Assembly (NCBI GenBank): GCA_937146725.1
Contig: CAKZRU010000110.1
Location: 13,737-77,736 of the forward strand
DNA length: 64,000 nucleotides
DNA from: an uncultured Myxococcales bacterium
GTDB taxonomy: Bacteria; Myxococcota_A; Bradymonadia; UBA7976; VGTA01
Reading direction: 5' to 3'
Shown: one piece after another, positions 55,573 to 63,988 of the stretch
Numbering within the stretch: the first letter of the stretch is position 1
Layout: every line of letters starts with the position of its first letter
Notes under the pieces: model-generated
What the model was told of the DNA's origin: nothing
The model's database searches: none
What the model saw: only the letters and a program-made list of their open reading frames with translations
Made by a program: the position numbers and the translations under genes

Positions 55573-56577
55573 ATGACTTATTTAGATCCGGCTCCTCTAG
55601 TTTCAATGGCCACTGCCTATTGGAATAGTGCTACTTTAATCGCTGCAGTAAAACTTGGTGTTTTTGATGTAATCGCCCAAGGTTCTCGGTCCTTAGAAGA
55701 AATCTCGCAAGCATTGAACTGTGACTCGATTGCCACTGATGCACTACTCACAGCTCTCTTAGCGCTTGAGCTTTTGGAACGCCAAGATAGTCAATACATC
55801 AACGCTCCCCTAGCCTCTACTTATTTAGTCAGTGGCCAACCTCAATCTTTAGGTGGCGCCCTCTTGTATAATGCAGATGTTTATCCTCTTTGGGGGCAAC
55901 TTGCTGAAGTTGTTCAACAAGGAGATAGCGTCAAGGATCCTCAAGCATACTTAGGTGGAGATCAAGAAAAAACAAAACGCTTTGTTTATGGTATGCACCA
56001 TCGTGCACTTGGTGTTGGCCGAGCTGTGAGCGCTATCATTGATTTAACGGATGTACAGCATTTAGCTGATATTGGTGGTGGTCCGGGTACATATTCGGCT
56101 CTGCTAAGTCAAAAATACTCTCAGCTCAAAGCGGACGTTTTGGACTTACCAGCTGTGGTTGGAGTCGCCCAAGAAATTATGACTCAGATGGGTGCAGATG
56201 AACAAGTCAGTTGTGTACCTTTTGATTATTATCAAGACAGCTTAACCTTAAATAAGTATGATGGTGCCTTAATTTCAGGTGTTCTACACCGAGAACAACC
56301 GGAACAAGTGAAGTCGATGTTTGCCTCTGTCGCTCAAGCTTTACCTATTGGTGCACCATTATGGATTAGTGATGTTATGCTTAATGATGACCGTAGCGGT
56401 CCATTGTTTGGCGCAATGTTTGCCTTGAATATGAGGGTTTTAGCCCATGATGGGCGCTGTCATTCAGTCGCTGAACAAAGTGCATGGCTACAAGAACTCG
56501 GCTTTGAAATTGTTGGCACCCATCATTTACCACCACCTATAAATTATACGCTCATTCATGCCAAGAAAGTTAGATAA
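55573..56577 (+). CDS. Family-2 O-methyltransferase (class I SAM-dependent, with an N-terminal dimerisation/wHTH domain)
   Basis: LADIGGGPGTYS SAM motif, an N-terminal A.KLGVFD....G..SLEEI layout, 334 aa. Confidence 0.75.
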   Translation: MTYLDPAPLVSMATAYWNSATLIAAVKLGVFDVIAQGSRSLEEISQALNCDSIATDALLTALLALELLERQDSQYINAPLASTYLVSGQPQSLGGALLYNADVYPLWGQLAEVVQQGDSVKDPQAYLGGDQEKTKRFVYGMHHRALGVGRAVSAIIDLTDVQHLADIGGGPGTYSALLSQKYSQLKADVLDLPAVVGVAQEIMTQMGADEQVSCVPFDYYQDSLTLNKYDGALISGVLHREQPEQVKSMFASVAQALPIGAPLWISDVMLNDDRSGPLFGAMFALNMRVLAHDGRCHSVAEQSAWLQELGFEIVGTHHLPPPINYTLIHAKKVR

Positions 56578-56608
56578 CCTTCTTAATGATACGAAAAACG
56601 GAGCCTTT

Positions 56609-57547
56609 ATGCTTCATAAACGAGTAAACGCCCCTCGGCCACGATCAATGAGCTTATTGCTGTGCTTGGTGAGCTTTTTAGGAATCACCTTGGTGACAGA
56701 CTCTTTCTGTGCCTCAAAAGCAGATGCTCAAGCCAATGAAGTAAAGAGTCAAACTGGCCAAAACAAAACACCCATTAAGCGCTTAGATGAACATAGAGCC
56801 CTTGTGGGAGATGTGCTTGTCGATCGTAAAACTCGTCGAGTAGAAGTACCGGCTGAAGTCAATATGACGCGAGGTATTCTTGAATATTACGCAGTATGTG
56901 AAGAAGGTAAACTGCATGAAGCTGTACTCAAAATCAATGCAGTGCCAAGCCATATTCATCTTGCACTTATTTTAGCTGGCTACGAGGCCTCAGAATATAC
57001 CAAGCCCGATCCCAAAACACAGCAAAGACAACGAACCAAAAGAGGCTCCCTTCTGCGTTTATATCTTAAATGGACACCCAAGGACTTAAACCGAGAACAA
57101 TGGATTCCGGCTGAAGCTTGGCTGTACAATCGAGATCTTGATGCTCCGCCTAAGCCGGCCCCCTATATGTTTACTGGTAGCGTGATTGATGATGAAGGCT
57201 ATGTCGCCGACCGCTTCAAAAGTGTGATTGGCTTAATTGATGATGCAACAGTGGTTCTTTCACCCACGGTTGATCCAGGCAATCCGTATCAAGGAGATCA
57301 ATTGGGATATGAGATCTATTCTAGTGCGATTCCCCCTAAAGGTACTGCGGTCACTTTGGTCATTCAAGAGGCGAGTGATCAAGAGATTAGCGAGGTGGCT
57401 CATTATGAAAAAGAGCTTAAAGAACTCCAAGAGCTTCGCCGCAAACAAAGGATTGAACGTAATAAGCAACGGCCTTTACCTAGTCCACCACCTTTTGAAG
57501 TCAATTTATACATCGATGCTCGCTCAGAGCTTTCTTATGGTAATTAA
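56609..57547 (+). CDS. Secreted protein of unknown function (possibly YdjY-like domain) with a C-terminal charged helix
   Basis: Start moved to ATG 56609, with GGAG 5 nt upstream. Signal peptide MSLLLCLVSFLGITLVTDSFCASKADA. GILEYYAVCEEGKLHEAVL...PSHIHLALILAG resembles YdjY-domain proteins from memory only. Confidence 0.45.
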   Translation: MLHKRVNAPRPRSMSLLLCLVSFLGITLVTDSFCASKADAQANEVKSQTGQNKTPIKRLDEHRALVGDVLVDRKTRRVEVPAEVNMTRGILEYYAVCEEGKLHEAVLKINAVPSHIHLALILAGYEASEYTKPDPKTQQRQRTKRGSLLRLYLKWTPKDLNREQWIPAEAWLYNRDLDAPPKPAPYMFTGSVIDDEGYVADRFKSVIGLIDDATVVLSPTVDPGNPYQGDQLGYEIYSSAIPPKGTAVTLVIQEASDQEISEVAHYEKELKELQELRRKQRIERNKQRPLPSPPPFEVNLYIDARSELSYGN

Positions 57548-57627
57548 GTACAGTTGTTGACTTGCTATTTTTATAAATCTTGTTAGAATCCCAAATGATT
57601 ACTGACACTCAAAACGGGGAAAGTCTC

Positions 57628-57822
57628 ATGAGTAAAGCTAAACAAGAAAACAACTTAGATTCTAAGCCCAATCAAGAAGACTCTAGTGCTTCAGTACGTA
57701 AGCCCTATCAAAAGCCTGGCTTTATTGTGAGTCGGGCTTTTGAACGTCAAGCCTTATCTTGTGCGGGTTGTATTAACCAAGCGAGTGGCTGGCCTAGTTA
57801 TTGTTCAAATCAATCGGGCTAA
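57628..57822 (+). CDS. Small (64 aa) peptide ORF with a polar N-terminal half and a Ser/Cys/Gly-rich C-terminus; candidate modified-peptide precursor
   Basis: GGGGA 7 nt upstream of ATG 57628. Sequence MSKAKQENNLDSKPNQEDSSASVRKPYQKPGFIVSRAFERQALSCAGCINQASGWPSYCSNQSG. The stop lies 15 nt before the next gene. Confidence 0.4.
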   Translation: MSKAKQENNLDSKPNQEDSSASVRKPYQKPGFIVSRAFERQALSCAGCINQASGWPSYCSNQSG

Positions 57823-57837
57823 AAAGCCTCAATTCGT

Positions 57838-58719
57838 TTGAACAAAGCAAATCCGTTGCTAAGGATTCAACTTGGCCAAACTCTTTTTATCCTGCAAGGA
57901 TTGAGCTCTACGCAAATCACCGAGCTCTCTCAAGCTTGGGGACCTTTTTTGTCTGTACAACATTCTTTAAGTACAGATAAACGCACTGATTCCCAAATGG
58001 AAAAGAGCCAAGAAGGTTCTGCAAAAGAAACTTGGTTCATTCAATACAAAACAGAGGCATGGCCTCAAAGGTTAACTTCTGATTACCAAAGAGCAGATGA
58101 CTTATTTTTGGTTATAGAATCAACGGTAGAAAAGCGAGTACTTAGTTGGATTGATGGCAGTTTGGGTGCGATAGAGGCGAGCGTACAAGTCATTTTACAA
58201 AAAGCATTGGCAAGCCGTGGAGGTTTTTTAGTTCATGCTTCAGCGGGTGTTTACCAGGGCAGAGGTATATTGTTTCCAGGAGTTTCCGGAACTGGCAAAA
58301 GTACAATTGCTAGAGAGGCCGGATTCGACGAAGTTCTTTCGGATGAAATGGTGATTATCGAATTTTGTTTCTCATCTTCTACCCAGCAAGAGCATCATGG
58401 GTATCAACTCTATAGTACACCATTTTGGAGTGAGGGACGTTCCTTACCACTCATTATAAGCAATGCTCCATTGGCCTTAATGTGCATTCCCCAGCAAGCA
58501 AATCAGGCCAAATTATTACCCTGCACCCAAGCGGAAGCGATTTCCCATTTACTGTCGGCGATCACTCTTTACGAGGATAGCGATACGACCTCGGTACATC
58601 GTAAAACAGAGCTTTTTCACAGCGCCTGTCATCTTTGTGCCCAAATCCCTAGTCAAAAGCTACTCTTTCCCAAGATCGGTCCTTGGTTAGACTTATTGTC
58701 TTGGCCAAAAGGCTTTTAG
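57838..58719 (+). CDS. HPr-kinase-like P-loop protein (HprK-related kinase)
   Basis: GGFLVHASAGVYQGRGILFPGVSGTGKSTIAREAGFDEVLSDEMVII resembles the HprK C-terminal domain Walker A (G.SG.GKS) and the following acidic strand. Non-ATG (TTG) start. Confidence 0.55.
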   Translation: MNKANPLLRIQLGQTLFILQGLSSTQITELSQAWGPFLSVQHSLSTDKRTDSQMEKSQEGSAKETWFIQYKTEAWPQRLTSDYQRADDLFLVIESTVEKRVLSWIDGSLGAIEASVQVILQKALASRGGFLVHASAGVYQGRGILFPGVSGTGKSTIAREAGFDEVLSDEMVIIEFCFSSSTQQEHHGYQLYSTPFWSEGRSLPLIISNAPLALMCIPQQANQAKLLPCTQAEAISHLLSAITLYEDSDTTSVHRKTELFHSACHLCAQIPSQKLLFPKIGPWLDLLSWPKGF

Positions 58720-58829
58720 GCTTTTCAACTTTACAAAAGATGAGTGAATAAATGATTCTCATTGCTTAGAACTTTGTTATATATTCAAGTTCTTAAATAC
58801 TTAATGAAAGCATCGCTAGATTTATCGGT

Positions 58830-61124
58830 ATGGACATCAACACCATTATCAATCATAAATACCAAATTACCCATTTGATTGGTTCAGGTGGCTTTGGAGA
58901 AGTGTACGGTGCAACAGACTTACTTTTAAAACGTCCTGTTGCGGTCAAGATCCTTAAGTTAGATGTTTCAAATATGCAGGCTACCGCTGAACGCTTTCTT
59001 AAAGAAGCTCAGCTTACCTCACAGCTTAGTCATCCTCATACGCTGACTATTTTTGAGTTTGGCCAATTTGAAGGCCAATTTTTTATTGTGTCAGAGCTTT
59101 TACAGGGAGAGTCCCTAAGACAGAGACTAAGTCGTGTGGGCCGATATAGTCCCGGTCAAATGATTAGCCTTTTTTTACCGATTTGCTCAGCACTACATGA
59201 AGCGCATCAAATTGGTGTCATTCACCGAGATCTTAAACCCGATAACTTATTTCTACATAAAGCCTTTGATGAAGAGCGCTTAATTCTTATTGATTTTGGG
59301 ATTGCGAAATCAGTAGGTGATGTGCACTTGACCCAAACCGGTCAAGTCTTTGGTACACCACATTATATGGCGCCCGAACAGATTAAAGAAGCCAAAGATG
59401 TTGATGCAAGAGCCGATATTTATAGTTTAGGGATCATCTTTTTTGAGGCTCTTTCTGGGGAGCTACCTTTTAATGGTGATTCCCTTTTCGAGATCTTTGA
59501 AGCACACATTCGTTCAACATTACCTAAACTCTCAGAGCGCTTATCCAAAGACTATGAGCCCTTTGATCGACTTCTTGCTCAAATGCTCACAAAAGCACCG
59601 CAACAACGTATGAGTTCCGCTGCTGAGGTAGCTCAAGCTTTAAAAGAGTTACAAAACAACATAAGTCCGCAACATCTAAGATCATTACCCTCAGTATCCT
59701 CAAACTCTGATACTCTAAAAGATGATGCCCTAAAAACTGGTGCCTTAGCAGAGCCGCAAAGTCTTCCACCAATCAAAACAAGCCTAAGTGAGTTCATTAC
59801 CCAAACTCAGCATCCCCAATATCAGACCACTGAAATCCTAGCTACAGCTCAGCTAGATGATTCAACTCGCTCATTAGGGACTAAAACAGCATATCAGCTA
59901 CATGACACCTTAGCTCATGAGCCCGAATCAAAAGGGCAAGAGGAAGTCGATCTGCCATCTGTGCAAGTGAGTACAGTCATCAATAAGGATAATCAAAAAA
60001 GTTTAAACACCAATCTAGGCACAATCAGCTTGGCCCATCGCTTAGTTAAGTTTTCAAGCTTTTTCGCCTTTTCTCTAGCACTTCTTTGGACAGGTTTAGC
60101 CTTTTTGGAAGAAGACCAACGTCATGCTGAGACACTTAAATCATCTACTGAAGTGCTTCTTGAACAGCAGAATACTGAGGAAGAACAAGCCTCAATCATT
60201 CAAAAAGAAGCTCTTGAGGATACACAAAGTGAAGCTTCAAGTTCTGATGTCGATTCTGATTCGGCAAAACGAGCGATGATCGAAACAGCACCGCCCCCCG
60301 TATCGGAGTCAAATAAAGCAAGTTCAAGTATATTGTTTGACTCGGAAGAATTAGACTCGGAGTCCTTAACAGAATTACCTACTCCAAGCCTTGAGCCAGC
60401 AAGTCCGGCAAGTCCACTAAACGACAAGCCAATCAATGCGGTCACCACAGCCCCCAAGCCTTCTCAACAAGTTACTAGCGGAGCTTACCCTCCTCAAAAA
60501 GCACTTCAAAAAGAACCAACCGTGCAAAAAACGGTAGCCAAACCAACTCCAGAAGTAGCAGTACAAAAAGATTCTATAAGTGGCTTAGTAACTGCAGACA
60601 AGCGAGAACAGAATACCTCTAGCCGAAGTTCTAAGTCATCTCTAAAAAAGAAGAAAAAAGCCAAAGCCCCCAAGCAACCTAAGATAAAGAAAACCGCTTT
60701 CTTAGGAAAAACTATAAGTTCTGAGAAAAGCTCAACTCGTCCAAAAAAGAGCAAAAAAACAAGTGTTGATCGCAGCAGTTTGAAAAGTAAAAGCCCAAAG
60801 ACTAAAAGCAGGGCAAAAAAATCCTCTAAATCTAAACTAAGTTTTGATATTTTCTTAAAACCTAAGGGGGCAATCAAGCGTGGTCAGTCGGTTAAGATTA
60901 AATTACGTCTTAAGCAAGGTAAGGCTCAAGTCGGTGATTTAAAAGTCAGCATAATGAGTAAGAAGGTTGCTAAGTTTACCAAAAAACTTAAACATCAGAA
61001 TGCTTTTAAGCGCTTAAAGTCTAGAACCCTTGGCTTTTTAAAGGCCAAAAGTGTTGGAACGACTCGCTTAAAAGTATGCTTAAAAACGGTTTGTAAAAAC
61101 ATCGACATTAAAGTGAGTAAATAA
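58830..61124 (+). CDS. Hanks-type Ser/Thr protein kinase, paralog of 48528-50579, with the same tail architecture
   Basis: GSGGFGEVY, AVK, HRDLKPDN, DFGIAK and GTPHYMAPE. TM helix FSSFFAFSLALLWTGLAFL. An acidic segment, then a K/S-rich stretch and a C-terminal domain ending KVCLKTVCKNIDIKV. Confidence 0.9.
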   Translation: MDINTIINHKYQITHLIGSGGFGEVYGATDLLLKRPVAVKILKLDVSNMQATAERFLKEAQLTSQLSHPHTLTIFEFGQFEGQFFIVSELLQGESLRQRLSRVGRYSPGQMISLFLPICSALHEAHQIGVIHRDLKPDNLFLHKAFDEERLILIDFGIAKSVGDVHLTQTGQVFGTPHYMAPEQIKEAKDVDARADIYSLGIIFFEALSGELPFNGDSLFEIFEAHIRSTLPKLSERLSKDYEPFDRLLAQMLTKAPQQRMSSAAEVAQALKELQNNISPQHLRSLPSVSSNSDTLKDDALKTGALAEPQSLPPIKTSLSEFITQTQHPQYQTTEILATAQLDDSTRSLGTKTAYQLHDTLAHEPESKGQEEVDLPSVQVSTVINKDNQKSLNTNLGTISLAHRLVKFSSFFAFSLALLWTGLAFLEEDQRHAETLKSSTEVLLEQQNTEEEQASIIQKEALEDTQSEASSSDVDSDSAKRAMIETAPPPVSESNKASSSILFDSEELDSESLTELPTPSLEPASPASPLNDKPINAVTTAPKPSQQVTSGAYPPQKALQKEPTVQKTVAKPTPEVAVQKDSISGLVTADKREQNTSSRSSKSSLKKKKKAKAPKQPKIKKTAFLGKTISSEKSSTRPKKSKKTSVDRSSLKSKSPKTKSRAKKSSKSKLSFDIFLKPKGAIKRGQSVKIKLRLKQGKAQVGDLKVSIMSKKVAKFTKKLKHQNAFKRLKSRTLGFLKAKSVGTTRLKVCLKTVCKNIDIKVSK

Positions 61125-61155
61125 AACCTTGAGTATTGATTATGCATCTTGATTA

Positions 61156-62157
61156 ATGATCAATGAGCACATCAGTGAGGCTGACATGAACTTAACTCGC
61201 ATATTTTCCATACTCGCTTTCAGCATGATTTTAGTTTTAACTTTCGGCTTAACTTTGGGCTGTAGTGGCGGTCGACCAATTCCGGTAGATCAAAGCTTAC
61301 AGCAAGATCAAATAAACAGTCAGCTTAAGACTCACATTAATACTCAACTCAGTCCAAAGCTTCTTAAAGCACTTAAAGCGAGTGATATTATCCTGCTGGG
61401 GGAAACGCATGATCACCCGCATCATCATAGTGTGCAAGCGGAAATCATTCGTCTGATCAAGCCTAAATCAATCGCTTTTGAAATGCTTAATGAAGGACAA
61501 GAAAAAGCAATCAAAGAATTATCTACCACACCCTCCAAAAACTGGGATCAGCTTTTAGCTTGGTCTCAGCGAGGTTGGCCTAACTTTAAGCTATATCAGC
61601 AGGTTTTTCGTAGTAGTCTAAAGCATACCCAGTTTATTTTGCCCGCACATCCTCATCCTCATATATTACACCCCTTAAAATTGGGAATGGAACTTGATCA
61701 AGCGCTTCAAACTAAGCTCAAGCTTGATCATCCCTTGGCGCCCAAGCAAGCAGAGGCTTTACAACAAGAAATTATACAAGCTCATTGCGGACACGCTTCA
61801 CCTGTATTGGTGAAAGCGATGATGAGCGCCCAACGCTTAAAAGATGCTTGGATGGCTCAAGTTTTGATCCAAGCGCCTAAACCGGTTGTTCTGATTGTGG
61901 GCCGAGGACATATTCAGCCTAAAAGAGGAATCCCATGGGCTATCAACCTACTCGCTCCACAAAATAATTTTAAGATCTTCTCTTTGGCGATGAGCCCTAA
62001 TCAAAAAGACCCCATGCTACAACAGACCCTACAACAGACCCAAGGGAATCTAGAACAGGCTCAGTTTTCTATCCCAGCCCATAGAAATGATGACCCTTGT
62101 GAGCGATTTAAAGAACAGCTTAAAGGTTTAAAAAAAGTACCACATCACAAGCATTAA
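61156..62157 (+). CDS. ChaN-like (DUF399 / haem-binding uptake Tiki-superfamily) lipoprotein
   Basis: DIILLGETHDHPHHH and ..VGRGH motifs. Lipobox LTLGC. The probable true start is ATG 61186, with GAGG 5 nt upstream. Confidence 0.5.
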   Translation: MINEHISEADMNLTRIFSILAFSMILVLTFGLTLGCSGGRPIPVDQSLQQDQINSQLKTHINTQLSPKLLKALKASDIILLGETHDHPHHHSVQAEIIRLIKPKSIAFEMLNEGQEKAIKELSTTPSKNWDQLLAWSQRGWPNFKLYQQVFRSSLKHTQFILPAHPHPHILHPLKLGMELDQALQTKLKLDHPLAPKQAEALQQEIIQAHCGHASPVLVKAMMSAQRLKDAWMAQVLIQAPKPVVLIVGRGHIQPKRGIPWAINLLAPQNNFKIFSLAMSPNQKDPMLQQTLQQTQGNLEQAQFSIPAHRNDDPCERFKEQLKGLKKVPHHKH

Positions 62158-62161
62158 TCGG

Positions 62162-62205
62162 CTCAAGTATCACTTAAGCATTACTCAAGCATCACTCAAG
62201 CATCA
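62162..62205. repeat. Four tandem 11-bp units CTCAAGCATCA
   Basis: CTCAAGTATCA / CTTAAGCATTA / CTCAAGCATCA / CTCAAGCATCA. The last unit contains the stop (TCA = TGA, 62196-62198) of the minus-strand methyltransferase gene. Confidence 0.9.
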
Positions 62206-63263
62206 TACAATGAGACAGCTAAATCTGGAAATTGAGCTTTAATGTACTGCGCTTTTGGACTTACCACAAAAATATACTCAGTATTATGTAGATGAGATAC
62301 TTTTCCCACCACTGCGCCCTGCTGATTGTGAATCCCGATTTGTGCACCCACATAACGTCTAGAGTTTTGTGCTAAAACCACAACCTCTCCTCGGCGAGAC
62401 AAAAGCTGAATCATTTCATCTTTAGTAATATGGCCTTCGTTATTAAATGAAACCACTAAATGATTTACATCGATGTCATCAATGACCCTCTGTAAAGCCT
62501 TAAGGATTTGACGCCGAGAATTAAAAGCGCTGAGGCGGTCTCGTACATCCACTCGCTTGCGGGCAACTCCATACACCTCCGGTTTATCCCATAAAACCAA
62601 ACTTTCCCAAATATGATAGTTTCCAATATATTTATGCTGATTATAGGGGGGATCCAAATAAGCAATATCTGCGGATAGTTGTTCGATCATATCCAGCGCA
62701 TCCGCACGATAAGCATAGCTTTTACCGCTTGTAGCTTTGGGTAATAGCTTGGGAACTCTTAGTTTAAGTGGCTTATATGAGCGCACTGACCAACGCTTTA
62801 AGAATGACATTTGTACCCCACATGTTGAGTCAACCCGATCGGCCGCTTCCATAAGTGAGGTCAGTAAAATCGCCCGCAGTTCATAAGGTAAAGACTCAGC
62901 CTCAATCCGCTCTCTAATCGCATCTATTTTTTGGCCATTGGGGACTTGGAAAAAAGAGCTATCCCTACAAAAGCACTTGGTAAAATAACCTTCAATGCCT
63001 TTGATTTGGTTCAGTTCTTGTACCCAATATTTAGCTTCATCACGCCAACGTTGGGCATCAGCTTGTACATAGCAAGCCGCTAAAATAGCCGCATAGGTAT
63101 TAATGTCATTCGCAAAGACTTGGTAGCCCTGCTGCTTTAAGCCATAGCCAACCCTTGCCGTTCCAGAAAAAAGATCAATCACACTACCTTGTGTCTCAAG
63201 AGAGGTAATCACTTGAGTGATCAATGGAATGAGGACACGCTTTGAGCCCAAATACTTGATCAT
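62196..63263 (-). CDS. N6-adenine DNA methyltransferase (D12/Dam-like, alpha-class motif order)
   Basis: N-terminal KYLGSKR, DLFSGTARVG (FxGxG position), later AYLDPPYNQ (DPPY). No endonuclease gene is adjacent. Confidence 0.8.
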   Translation of the reverse strand: MIKYLGSKRVLIPLITQVITSLETQGSVIDLFSGTARVGYGLKQQGYQVFANDINTYAAILAACYVQADAQRWRDEAKYWVQELNQIKGIEGYFTKCFCRDSSFFQVPNGQKIDAIRERIEAESLPYELRAILLTSLMEAADRVDSTCGVQMSFLKRWSVRSYKPLKLRVPKLLPKATSGKSYAYRADALDMIEQLSADIAYLDPPYNQHKYIGNYHIWESLVLWDKPEVYGVARKRVDVRDRLSAFNSRRQILKALQRVIDDIDVNHLVVSFNNEGHITKDEMIQLLSRRGEVVVLAQNSRRYVGAQIGIHNQQGAVVGKVSHLHNTEYIFVVSPKAQYIKAQFPDLAVSLYDA

Positions 63264-63436
63264 GTGAACCTTACTTCATCTTATTTAATAGTGACTTTAG
63301 TGAATGACTTTAGCGATCGTTGCTAAGTTCAATTATATCCCAAATTAAGCTTAATAGATAGCTTTGATCACTTTGAGGCCTTTAGCATAAGTTCAAGTTA
63401 GGTTTATAATCACTCACTTATTCACACAGGTATGAA

Positions 63437-63988
63437 TTAATATGAAGCACCAAACTCATCAGTTTCTTGTTGATTCGCTTGGCTATTGAGCTCTTTAGAT
63501 GCCACAAGCCCCAAGGCAACTAAAAGTAGAGGCAGGCATAGAGCAAGGGCCACTAGTGTCTGCTTAAAAGGCCTCAAAGACCATAAAAAGCTTAAACTTG
63601 TACAACTGGGCGCTAGAATGAGTAAGCAAAATAAACTTGGACTTAGGGCTGGACTCAAATAAAGATGAGCATAAAGCAGGGTACAAAATAGAGTGAAGTA
63701 TGCAGTGATGTAACTGGCTTGCGAAAGCTCAAAGCCTTTCCATAATGCCATGAGCCCCACACCAGCAACAGATAGACCAAAGGCCGCCAAGAGTTGAGCT
63801 AAAGAGGCACTACCACTTAGACCAATGACAGGCGCTGCAAACCCAAAAGTTAGAGCAAGCGCTGCAAAATCAGCCGGTTTTACGACTTGTAGTTCTGTTT
63901 GTAGTTCTGTTTGTAGTTCTGCTTGTATTTGTGTTTGCGGCTGTGCTTGCGACTGTTGCATAGACTTCAGATTCACCTGCAACCCCAA
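63437..63988 (-). CDS. Hypothetical integral membrane protein with an N-terminal (ELQT)n repeat
   Basis: Several hydrophobic helices. No motif I recognise. Confidence 0.45.
   Translation of the reverse strand: MGLQVNLKSMQQSQAQPQTQIQAELQTELQTELQVVKPADFAALALTFGFAAPVIGLSGSASLAQLLAAFGLSVAGVGLMALWKGFELSQASYITAYFTLFCTLLYAHLYLSPALSPSLFCLLILAPSCTSLSFLWSLRPFKQTLVALALCLPLLLVALGLVASKELNSQANQQETDEFGASY
63887..63934. repeat. Four tandem 12-bp units TTGTAGTTCTGT
   Basis: Units at 63887, 63899, 63911 and 63923 (the last degenerate). In frame, encoding ELQTELQTELQ. Confidence 0.85.

Noticed and set aside
56558-56608. The upstream start of the secreted-protein ORF overlaps the O-methyltransferase gene by 20 nt.
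   Set aside because: ATG 56609 has a GGAG at proper spacing and begins the signal peptide.
57557-58719. Considered a classical lasso-peptide gene cluster, given the YxxP-like leader and the HprK-like kinase.
   Set aside because: No Asn-synthetase-like cyclase, transglutaminase-like protease or PqqD/RRE gene lies nearby. The item is kept only as an unexplained peptide-plus-kinase pair.
15233-62205. Checked whether the many short repeat arrays could be CRISPR arrays.
   Set aside because: The units are 11-19 bp and directly abutting, with no unique spacers. Each array has only 2.5-4 copies, and no cas genes are present. They are simple tandem repeats.
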